A stretch of DNA of 64,000 nucleotides from Mobula birostris (taxonomy: Eukaryota). Numbering within the stretch: the first letter of the stretch is position 1; each line of letters begins with the position of its first letter. The position numbers and the translations under genes are program-made. A model generated the notes under the pieces. It worked only from the letters and a program-made list of their open reading frames with translations. It did no database searches and was not told where the DNA came from. Positions 1-10,419 of this stretch are shown here, piece by piece. The stretch lies in NCBI RefSeq assembly GCF_030028105.1, contig NC_092379.1:63934008-63998007 (forward strand). Direction: 5' to 3'.

Positions 1-780
1 ATTGTCCTGCAGAGTGCTCAAGGTGGGTAACATGATCTAACAAGGCATTAGGTCCCTGATGAGGCAAAGAGGTCAAGATCATCAGGATCACAGGAAGAGT
101 TAAACTGGATTTGCCCACTGGCATGATTCAACCAAATAATGGTGGCAGACAGATTTAATAGATCTTCAATCACACCATGCTGAAAAAAGTAACAGCAGTC
201 TGCCACCCAGCTTCTTGACAGTAATGTTGAATTGAAATTCTGGTGTTGAGATGTTATAAGAGCTCTGTTTGTTATCAAACCATAGGCTGTTTGAAATACA
301 ATTTCTGGGTGACTCACATCGAATGTGAAGCATAAAACTGCTCCATTCTCAAAGAATATAACAGTTTGGATGAGAACAGAGATTAAAATGAAAAATAAAA
401 TGAGCAGTCAATGGAAGGAAAAGTTGACAAAAAAAACATAAGCTTTAATTTGTAGCAGTAGAGTTGCTAGGACTTGATGTTAAAGTAAAGATACAAGCCT
501 TTTTTCATTATAAATCCTTAGTGTATTTTGCCCCTTCCTTGTAAAGGACTGCACCATTTTCATTCTGTTTGCTAAGATGAGAGATTGATTATTGAATGAA
601 ACTGAGGATTTTCACAGACAAGATGCACCTGCTGATAATGACTAGTTGTCCAGGCTAACTGTCACAGCAGTTTATCACACCCAGATCATTAGAACAGCAC
701 TGCACTGTGTCAAGAAGAACAAATCAGCAGTATAATTAACTCTGCCGTTCTTCATTGCAATCTGTTACAAATTGAAACTG

Positions 781-909
781 TCAAGGTATCTGGGATGAAT
801 GCAGGCAAGTGGCACTGAAATCAGATTTCAGCCATGATCTTATTGAATACAAAGTGACAGAGATGGGCTGAGTGGCCTTCTGCTTCTGTTTGTCATGTCC
901 TTACATTCT
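781..909 (+). mobile_element. Degenerate CR1 LINE 3' tail
   Basis: tcagccatgatcttattgaat...gatgggctgagtggcct...ttctgtttgtcatgtccttacattct resembles the CR1 3' UTR tails at 28630-28696 and 62110-62180. Confidence 0.6.
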
Positions 910-912
910 AAT

Positions 913-2300
913 GCCTCAGGCCAGTTACTTTTCATTAGGACTGGTAATAGATCGAATTATACTGATTATTTAAGTGTAGAATAAGGTAGAAGAGAAGGAG
1001 AGAAGAAAAAGGAAGCTCTGTGATTGGATGGGATGGAGAAGAAAGTAAAAAACATGAATAACAATTAACTGAAATTACCAAAAGAATTGGAAGGAATGCT
1101 GAAAATTTGGAAAAATAAATCTCAGGAATGTACTTGAAATGGTTAAATTGAGAGTATGGTTTATAACAGGCTGTAAATTGTGTGGTCAGAAGATGACATG
1201 CTGTCCTTCAAGCTTTGATAGAGCAGTAAGAGAGCAAGGACACAGTGGTCAGTGGAGCAGAATTAAAATGACTGACAACCTGAAGCTTCCAGACTGATTG
1301 AAGATATTCTGCAGAGCTACTCTTGGACTCCCCAGTGTGGAGGGAAAAATTCAACACTCTTACTTGAAAGAGAAACAGGTAAATTAGATTAAATTAGATT
1401 ATGAGGACACTCAGTCCTCGTTTATTGTCATTTAGAAATGAATGCGTTAAAAAATGATACAATACTCCTCCAGTATGATATCACAGAAACACAAGACAAA
1501 TCAAGACTAAAACTGACAAAAACCACATAATTATAACATATAGTTATAACAGTGCAAAGCGATACTGTAATCTGATAAGAGCAGACCATGGGCACAGTAA
1601 AAAAAAAGTCTCAAAGTCCCAATAGCCCATCATCTCATGCAGATGGTAGAAGGAAGAAAAACTCTCCCTGCCATGAACCTCCAGTGCCCCAAACTTACTG
1701 ATGCAGCATCCTGGAAGCACCCGACCACAGTCTGACTCTGAGTCCGTCCAAAAACTTCGAGCCTCCGTCCAGCCCTCCGACACCGAGCACCGAGCACCAT
1801 CTCTGCCGAACACTTTGACCCCGGCCCCGGCCGCCAAGCAACAGGCAAAGCTGAGGATTCAGGGCCTTCTCCCCCGGAGATTTCGGATCACACAGTAGCG
1901 GCGGCAGCGAAGCAGGCATTTCAGAAGTTTCACCAGATGTTCCTCCATGCTCTCATGTCTGCCTCCATCAGATCAGAATTGTGCATGGTATCCTACTTGA
2001 CAGATAACAGATATCATCACCAGAGAGGCCGTGCGCGCTGCATCATGCCGCCATCTTCTCCTCCCGCCTATGATTGTCTTCCATGGAAAAAGAGCTTGGG
2101 CCCTAGATATAATGACAAGATATATAGGCAAGTGATACATCCCCTGCAAAGGCATGTGTAGGCACCAGTGAATGGGGAATAGGTATTGGTGGAGAAGATT
2201 GGTTGAACTCGGGCAAACCAGAGAGAATGGATATTTGGAATGCTGACAGAGAGGAGAGGGAAGGATGCACCTGTAGGTGGCACTGCAGGTGGAGGCTCAT
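913..2300 (-). mobile_element. Old Penelope-like element 3' part (GIY-YIG region, 3' UTR, decayed hammerhead), split by the insertion at 1381-2065
   Basis: Collinear with the young Penelope at 44535-45420: gaattaaaatgactgacaacctgaag vs gaattaaaatgtgtggccactggaag; aaacaggtaaatt|gattgtcttccatggaaaaagagcttgggccc vs cacaggtgaagtgttgcctcacctggaaggactgtttggggccc; ttcattaggact vs ttcctcaggact. Confidence 0.7.
1381..2065 (-). mobile_element. Non-autonomous LINE-derived (SINE-like) element with GC-rich head and AATAAA plus short-repeat tail
   Basis: Minus strand starts GGGAGGAGAAGATGGCGGC and ends AATAAACGAGGACTGAGTGTCCTCATAATCTAATTTAATCTAATTT; no RT ORF; it interrupts a Penelope relic. Confidence 0.75.
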
Positions 2301-2589
2301 CCTCCACCTGAATAGGAATGCCAGTGAGGTGGGAATTGCGGACAAGGAGAAGCCTCTGATTCTTGGAGTGCAGTGCACTCAGTTGAGGGGCTCATCACTT
2401 TGGTAACAGAGAAAATAGGAACAGCTGAAAGCATTGCTTTTTTTTGTATTCCAAGTCATAGTTTGTAAAATTGCTGCACTGTCTGTTTAGAAGATGAAGA
2501 AATAAGCCATAGTGGCTCAGCCAGGCTTCTGGATGGTCCCATCACCTGAAACTCTGATAGACAATTTACAAAATTCGCTGCAGTTTCTT

Positions 2590-2890
2590 GCTTGGTCTTC
2601 TCCAGCAACGCCTCTCAAACCCGCAGTCTCTGCCATCCAGAAACACAGCTGCTGAAAGGGCTTATGAGTGCAAGTTCTCCCCCAGTCTCACAAAGTACTC
2701 ACCTGGAAATATATTCACATTCCTTCATCAGCCCTCTGTCTCTGTCCCAGCACTCCCCAGGAAATAACACTGTGGAAGCACCTTCACCAAAAAGATTGCA
2801 ATGCTTCAAGAAGGCAACTCACCACCTTCTCAAAGGCAATTGGGTGTGAGCATTAAACATCGGCCTTGCTGGGTATATCCAAAACCTGGA
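2590..2890 (+). mobile_element. Ancient CR1/L2-clade LINE 3' end
   Basis: ttcaagaaggcaactcaccaccttctcaaaggcaattgggtgtgagcattaaacatcggccttgc; a reverse copy of the same tail lies at about 21615-21690. Confidence 0.6.
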
Positions 2891-4117
2891 ATTCAAATTG
2901 TGATCAATAGTTGAAGAAGATGGCTTTCTGCTAACTTCTTAGGGCAACAGTAAACGTTCAATCGATTGCCAAAAACTATACAATGAACAGAATATTTTTT
3001 GTCATTTTTAACTATGTTTGCCCAAGTTCTGAGCTACATGCTGATCATGGCCACTTGTTACTTACAGAAATATTGATTTGTAGAACATTGAGGCTGCAAC
3101 TGAAATCAAATAAAAAATTTACTTATGTTCATTTAAATCTGAATCTCCTGAAAATAAGACATCTGGATGATCTTCATGGGTGTTCTTAGACTACTAATCT
3201 GTGAATGCATCTATGACATCGGTTGTAACCCATTAGTACCACACCCATACCACTCCAGAAATAGGAGACCTAAGTTTTAAATGAACATTGCAGTGCAATA
3301 TTGAAGAGGAAATGAAGCACAATGCTTATTTTATACACTGTTTCGTAATGAGCTCAGTTTCTCACACTGTGCTCTGAATAGAACTGAGGGAACCTCCACG
3401 GTGATGGGATTTTAAAAAGATGAAGGAATTTTTAGCTATTTGCCATTATTTCAGACTTTAAAGTGCACTTTTTTTTTACTTTTTGAGACATATATTGTTA
3501 TAAATATGTTTAATTTTTTGTTTTGGAGAATCTTCAATTCCCAGTGATGATGTGATGACAAATACTATTATTTGGTTTACAGGAAGGCTAAGTTCAGTTG
3601 AAAAGAACTGAAAAAAAGGGAAAACATCAAAGGGAACTATAATACAAACATTCATAGTGGTTCTAACAGAGAGGAGCCTATTACAGAGTTCCAGCTAATT
3701 AGAAAGACAAATTGAATTGAAAGGAGAATTGATTATGAAGCATTCAAAATAGTCTCTGAAGCTTTAAGTGGTGGAAGATGGAAGAAAGCATGTCAAAGAG
3801 ATGAACTGTATTCTAAAGCATCCTGTCACAATGCCACCAATGTCTTTCCAGGGCTTGACACATCTACTTGGTAACAATCAAGATAGCTGTTAAATCTTGG
3901 CACTGGGGCACCAGGGAGTTAGATAGATACAAATTCATCTCCAGCCAACCTCAGCACGAAGTCTGGACTGCTGACACAGGTCAAACCCGACTGTTTGGCC
4001 GCCCCTTCTACTAAACCAGCCATAGGATTAACTGTAGTATAAACCAATACGCTTATCTATCTATCAATTATGTACCTGTCATAGTGGTAAATGTGGACTC
4101 TGAGTCTCTCTCCCAGA

Positions 4118-4169
4118 TATAGGTATGGTCTCAAAGCTGGGTTGGAGCAGCTATGGGACCATACCTATA
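4118..4169. repeat. Inverted repeat: 22-bp stem, 8-nt loop
   Basis: TATAGGTATGGTCTCAAAGCTG-ggttggag-CAGCTATGGGACCATACCTATA; one G-U pair and one mismatch. Confidence 0.85.
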
Positions 4170-4265
4170 CAATAAATTAGACATCTATACAATAAGTAAG
4201 ATATCTATACAATAAACAAGACATCTATACAAGAAATGAGACATCTATAAAATAAATGAGACATC
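4166..4265. repeat. Minisatellite, 20-bp unit x5
   Basis: Consensus tatacaataaatgagacatc repeated five times with few substitutions. Confidence 0.9.
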
Positions 4266-4691
4266 CCAGTGATAAGAAAAGTTGATGAAGTAACTAGATT
4301 CAGTGACATAACACATGCTGCAGAGAAACGTCTAGAAAAATATGGAATCAGCTGTACTGAAAACTTCGCTGAACATTTACACATATATAATTGATTGTAT
4401 AAAAATACAAGCAACCAAAGGAAAAGTTAGACTACATGAAAAATAACAATTTTACGTTCTAATCCAACAGATGTCGACGTGAAAATGAGAATTCTGAAAT
4501 CATACCCAGTGTCCATTTGATCAGTGAGAATAAAGAATTATTGCTGCAGAAGATAGTGTGACTTTGTTGTGCAATATGTGTCTGTGTGAGTGATGATAGT
4601 AAGTAAAAATGAGAACAACATGGCATTCGTGCTGAATATGTGAAGGTCTGGTAGTTTAATTTGACTGTGGTCTTCAAGAATAAAAGTGAGA

Positions 4692-4727
4692 AGTCCTGAC
4701 GAAGGGTCTCGGCCTGAAACGTCGACT
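4692..4727 (+). ncRNA. Minimal type I hammerhead ribozyme motif
   Basis: Stem I AGTC/GACT, core CTGACGA (4696-4702), stem II AGG..CCT, GAAAC (4716-4720), GTC cleavage triplet (4721-4723), palindromic ACGT stem III. Confidence 0.8.
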
Positions 4728-4824
4728 GCACCTCTTCCTAGAGATGCTGCCTGGCCTGCTGCGTTCACCAGCAACTTTTATGTGTGTTGCTTGAATTTCC
4801 AGCATCTGCAGAATTCCTGTTGTT
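4692..4824 (+). mobile_element. Short Penelope-derived non-coding insertion (terminal repeat segment)
   Basis: Nearly identical to the reverse complement of 44473-44570; flanked by TSD tgagaagt (4687-4694 and 4825-4832). Confidence 0.9.
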
Positions 4825-5501
4825 TGAGAAGTAAACTAGGTGCTTTTCCAAAGTTAATCTTGGGCAATTTTGACTCTTCTCTAATACAGACCATTTCCTT
4901 GGGTAGGCAGAGGTCTAGCCTTAAGCTGCACATGCCAAATGACAAAGGAGTACACAGACTCCAGAAGATCTTGTGGCCATACATAGTATAAAATGACCAA
5001 GACTTCTTTGTACTTCTTCTAATTTTTGTTCATTCTTTGTTCTTATATTGGTTATGTGTGCAAATTGTGTGATGACATTATATTGTAAAGGCTCTTAACT
5101 GTAAATTCCATTTGAAACAAATATACTGTACGTATAGGGCTTCAGAAAGCTTAACATTGAGTTAGAGTTGGTGTGAATTGCCAGCAGGTACTGAAAAGTC
5201 CAATTACATGATCTGAGATTATTAACTTATTAATGTGTGATATTTTATTCCTTGCTCTTGCACTCTGTGGGGTATTTCCGGTGGCTCCCTCTGACTGCCA
5301 AACATGCAGCTTTGTTGCATCTGGGCAAGGGTCCTTTGAGTGCCAGTTCTTTCTACACGTCTCCTTGCATCTGGGCCCTTCTCCATTTTCTATTTACAAA
5401 CTCCACTTCATGCTTTTCATTGGAGCCGTTTGTTTTTTAGTACATCAGCATTTTCATGTTCTGTGCAGTGTCTTTGTTAGAAAAGCTATAAAATGCATGT
5501 A

Positions 5502-6124
5502 CCAGGGGTGATTGGTAAGTTCATGGCCTAAGGTAGAAGGAGTCAATTTTAGAAAACCTAGCATATTTATTTTTCAACATAGTCCCCTCCTACACGTACA
5601 TAGTTAGTCCAGTGGCCGTGGAGCACACGGATCCCTTCTTTGTAGAAGTGGTCCACAGCAGGGGTGATTGATAAGTTTGTGGCCAAAGGTAGAAGGCGAT
5701 GAGTTATTAACTTCAAACTTTCTGCATTATCACTCAAAGAGTTGAACTGCACGTGCATGCAACAAGAGCGTCTTGGACCTCCAGGTGGTCCACAACAGGG
5801 GTAACTGATAAGTTCATGGCCTAAGTTAGAAGGAGATGAGTTATACAGCTCTTATTACATGCACATGCAGTTCAACTCTTTGAATGAAAATGCAGACAGT
5901 TTGAAGTTAATAACTCATCTCCTTCTACCTTAGGCCACGAACTTATCAATCACCCCTGCTGTGGACCACTTCTGCAGGTCCAAGACACCGACTTCTACAA
6001 AGGAGGGATCCGTATGCTCCATGACTGCTGGACTAAGTGTGTAAATATAGGAAAAGTAAATGTGCTAGGTTTTCTAAAATTGACTACTTCTACCTTAGGC
6101 CATGAACTTATCAAATACCCCTCG
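5502..6124. mobile_element. Mariner-derived foldback MITE
   Basis: TA TSD (5500-5501 and 6125-6126); TIRs c(c/g)aggggt..tt g(g/a)taagttcatggcctaaggtagaag; both arms carry the mariner transposase C-terminus remnant (FYKEGIRVLHGHWTNYVRVGGDYVEK* on minus). Confidence 0.9.
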
Positions 6125-6948
6125 TAAATACCCTGCAGTCTTTGAAAAGGGCAAAACAAATTTATGCCAGTGAATTACTTTAAATAAATGGTTGTAGGCT
6201 CCTGTGCCCCAGTCTTCCAGAGTTAACAACAGAATTACACATTCACCACACGGAGTCAATCAAGGTAAACCTCAAGGTAGCAGATTTAGATGTCAATAAA
6301 CATTGAGTGGAATAGACAGAATTATATTTAACTAGGTTAAAGTTCAAGCAAATTGCATAAAATATGTATCTCCAAATAAATAGAAATCAGACTGATTATT
6401 TAAACTACGAATGCTTAACTATTTTCTATAGAATGTATCTCCCCGCTCATTGCAAGATAACTGAAGATTTTATGTGTTACAGTTGCACACCAGGATGTTT
6501 ATTAATTAATCCAACTAGCAAAAGAACATCAGGTGAAGTTGCACTGCAAGGTTTCGATTGAGACCTGGATTTGAATTTTAGAACCAGAGACCACCTTACA
6601 GACAGTGAGTGGTGTTTAACCCTTCAATACTGACAGGGCTTTATGGCTGGCAGAGAGCTTGTTGAGAAATACAGGCCACAGGCTTGACACTGACTGTTTT
6701 TAGTGTTTATGGGAATTCAAACTTAGTTATTAAAATAATGCAATTTCCTGAAAGAGGAATGAAGATTTCTAAGGCCTAAACATAGCACATAAGCATTTCA
6801 TTAATTTAAGTATATTATACTGTTGGGAACAAGTGTGTGAGAATGCAATTGTGACTCTGGCACATCCTCTGAACATTGGTTTCACTTCTCTGGCATAGCT
6901 ATAAGATATCAATCTGAGCCCAGTGATAGCCCCAGGGCCTCTGAGTCA

Positions 6949-7460
6949 AGACCATAAGACTATAAGACATAGGAGCAGAATTAAGCCATCTGGCCCATCG
7001 AGTTTACTCCACCAATCAATCATGGCTGATCTTTTTTCTCTCCTCCTCAACTCCAGTTCCTGGTCTTCTCCCCATAACCTTTGATGCAGTGTCCAATCAA
7101 GAACCTATCAATCTCTGCCTTAAATACACCCAACAACCTGGCCTCCTCAGCTGCATGTGGCAACAAATTCCACAAATTCACCACCCTTTGGCTAAAGAAA
7201 TTTTTCCGTATCTCTATTTTGAAAAGGTGCCCCTCTATCCTGAGACTGTGCCCCCCCCCTTGTCCTAGACTCTCCCACCATGGGAAACATCCTTTCCACA
7301 TCTACTCTGTCTAGGCCTTTCAACATTTGAAAGGTTTCAATGAGATCCCCACTTCTGAACTCCAGCAAGTACAGACCCAGAGCCATCAAACGTTCCTCGT
7401 ATGATAACCCTTTCATTCCTGGAATCATCCTTGTGAACCTCCTCTGGACCCTCTCCAATC
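6949..7460 (-). mobile_element. 5'-truncated CR1 LINE (RT C-terminus and 3' tail)
   Basis: ERVQRRFTRMIPGMKGLSYEERL, FFSQRVVNLWN; tail repeats accataag/actataag. Confidence 0.92.
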
Positions 7461-7534
7461 AAAAGACCATTCCAATGATTTAAGCACCAAGTTATGCTGA
7501 CATGCCATTAAGTTACTGAAGGATAGGTGGACCC

Positions 7535-7835
7535 TTAGTCATTAAGATATTTGAATGAGTTCTTAAACTGAAGCACCACTCATCCTTTCTGATGAACTCA
7601 GTAATTTCTTTCAAAGAAGTATATGGGAGCTCTCCCCAGTGTCTCACCGAATAATTATCCTTCCACCAGTGTAACTGAACACAAATCATCGAATCATTTA
7701 TTTATCTGTTCTTTGTATGACCTTGGTGTGTGCAAATTGGTGACAATAGTAATTCCATTTTAAAAGTACTTAATTGCCTTTCTAGCACAATGTGGTTGTG
7801 AAAGGGCACGATATCATTGTAAATTCTTTCTTTCA
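7535..7835 (+). mobile_element. Ancient DeuSINE (SacSINE1/AmnSINE1-like) Deu domain and tail
   Basis: gggagctctccccagtgtc...tatccttccaccag...ttggtgtgtgcaaattgg...aaaagtacttaattg...gtgaaagggcacgatat...ttctttctttc follows the Deu-domain consensus order. Confidence 0.65.
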
Positions 7836-8371
7836 TTCGTTTTTTTCTTGGGATATACACAGTGATTTTTCTGCCCCTTACAATAATGAAACTGTTGAGA
7901 TATTCCTATTGGGGAGGTATTCATGAATCAAAAATTCTGGACAATTGTATTATATTTAGTACATAAATTTTGGGGTCAGAAACACTGAGGCTTGGTATTA
8001 ATTTTTTACTTTAGATCGAAGATGTCTGGCATTGAGTGACAAGTGCCCAGCATGAAGCAAATGTTTCTCTTTAAATCCCTTTAAAAAAACTGCGGGGTAC
8101 CTGTAACAAACTGTGACATCTCGTCATCAAAGTGGTAAAATACAGAAGCACTTTGGAGGACTTTTCTATGTTCTTGTTGAACATGTGTTTGCCTGATGAT
8201 AGGAACACTGTGTGCCATTTGGAATCCATCATGAATGAGTATACTATTGTGAAAATTGTGGCATTGCACTATACCTGACAATGGGCTTTATATAATTCAT
8301 TGTCTTGGTGTTCAGAATGAAGGTACTGCACATTAAAGTATAAGAAACAAAAAAAATGCAAAAGATATTTT

Positions 8372-9168
8372 AAAGTTCAAAGTTCTGAGTTAATTTTTAT
8401 CGAAGTACATGTACCTGAAATTAATTTCCTTGCGGGCATACTCAGTAAATCTATAATAGAATAATAACTATAATAGAATCAATGAAAGAATGAACCAACT
8501 TGGGCTTTCAACCAGTGTAAAACAGACATCAAACTGTGCAAATAGAAACAGAAAGAAATATTTAAAAAATAAATAAATATGTAATAAATATGGAGAACAT
8601 TAGATGAAGAGTCCTTGAACGTGAGTCCATAGGTTGTGGGAAACTTTCAATGATGAAGTGAAGATGAGTGAAGTTGTCCCCTCTGGTTCAAGAGCCAGAT
8701 GCTTGAAGGGTAATAACTGTTCCTGAACCTGGCGGTGTGATCCTGAGGTTCCTGTACCTTCCTCCTGATCGTTGCAGCAAGAAGAGAGTATGTTCTGAAT
8801 GGTGGGCATCCCTGATGATGGATGCTGCTTTCCTGTGATAATGCTTCATGTAGATGTGCTCAATGGTGGGGAGAGCTTTGCTCGTGATAGTCTGGGTGGT
8901 ATCCATTACATTTCGTAGGATTTCCCATTCAAAGGCATTGTTGTTTTCATACCAAGCAGTAATGCAGCCAGTCAATGTACTCTCCATGACACATCTACAG
9001 AAATCTGTCAAAGCTTTTGATGCCATGCTCACCCTTGCAAACTCTTAAAGAAATCGAGGCACTGCCGTGTTTTTTTCATAATTGCACTTTTGTGCTGGGC
9101 CCAGAACAGGTCCTCCAAAATAATAACACTGAGGAATCTAAAGATTTTCAGTCTCCCTCCTATATGCT
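8372..9168 (-). mobile_element. Rex1/Babar LINE, 3' part
   Basis: ESTLTGCITAWY, KAASIIRDAHH, SGGRYRNLR; tail (gaacttt)n; ends in AYRRETENL next to the CR1 insertion. Confidence 0.88.
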
Positions 9169-9359
9169 TGAGGCACAACTGCATAGGCGCATGGACATCA
9201 GCAAGTTAGGACAGTGGGAAGAGTTCAAAAGGAGGAGAGCTTTATAGAGCGGGTGACAGAGTAGAGGGAGTCAGAGTAGGAGGGCTTTGACTCAATGGGG
9301 CTTTAGCACTAATGGATCAAGGAGATGTAAGTTACATGTGAAGGATAAGAATAGAAAGT

Positions 9360-10282
9360 ATGTCTGTGAGGCTGGTGTTCTGTACTGGGTGTCAGATGTG
9401 GGATGTCCGTGAGACTCCCAGCTTCCCGGATAGCCACATCTGCACCAGGTGCGTCGAGCTGCAGTTCCTTAGGGACCGGGTGAGGGAACTGGAGATGCAG
9501 CTCGATGACCTTCGCCTGGTCAGGGAACGTGAGGAGGTGATAGAGGGGAGCTATAGCCAAGTAGTCACACTGGGGCCTAGGGAGACAGAGAAGTGGGTAA
9601 CAAACAGGAGAGGAAAGGGCAGGAATCAGATAGTAGAGAGTACCCCAGTGGCTGTCCCCCTGAACAATAACTACTCCTGTTTGAATACTGTTGGGAGGAC
9701 AGCCTACCTGGGGGAAGCAACAGTGGCCGCGCCTCTGGCACGGAGTCTGGCCCTGTGGCTCAGAAGGGTAGGGAAAGGAAGAGGAGGGCAGCAGTGATAG
9801 GGGACTCTATAGAGTTAGAGGGTCAGACAGGCGATTCTGTGGATGCAGGAAAGAAACACGCAGTTTGCCTCCCAGCTGTCAGGTCCGGGACATTTCTGAT
9901 CGTGTCCATGATATCCTGAAGTGGGAAGGAGAACAGCCAGAGGTCGTGGTATATATTGGTACCAACGACATAGGTAGGAAAAGGGAAGAGGTCCTGGAAA
10001 CAGACTACAAAGAGTTAGGAAAGAGGCTGCAAAGCAAGACCTCAAAGGTGGGGATTACTACCTGTGCCTCATGACAGTGAGTATAGGAATAGAGTGATGT
10101 GGAGGATAAATGCATGGCTGAGGGATTGGAGCAGGGGGCAGGGATTCAGATTTCTGGATCATTGGGACCTCTTTTGGGGCAGGCGTGACCTATACAAAAA
10201 GAACGGGTTGCGCTTGAATCTCAGGCGGACCAACATCCTGGCAGGGAGCATTGCTAAGGCTATTGGGGAGAGTTTAAACTAG
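9360..10282 (+). pseudogene. CR1 ORF1p: zinc finger, leucine zipper, SGNH esterase (frameshifted)
   Basis: CTGCQMW...HICTRCVELQFLRDRVRELEMQLDDL; VIGDS; VVVYIGTNDIGR; FRFLDHWDLFWGRRDLYKKNGLRLN. Confidence 0.9.
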
Positions 10283-10419
10283 AATCCCTGGGGGGTGGGA
10301 ACCAAACAGAAGAGACGGAGGAAGAGGCAGTTGGCTCACAAATAGAGATAACTTGGAGACAGTGCGAGAGGGAGAATAGGCAGGTGATAGAGAAGGGATG
10401 CGCTGAGACTGATGGTTTG

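Noticed and set aside
3544-3611. Possible C/D-box snoRNA (GTGATGA...CTGA)
   Set aside because: Short, with no terminal stem and no recognisable guide sequence.
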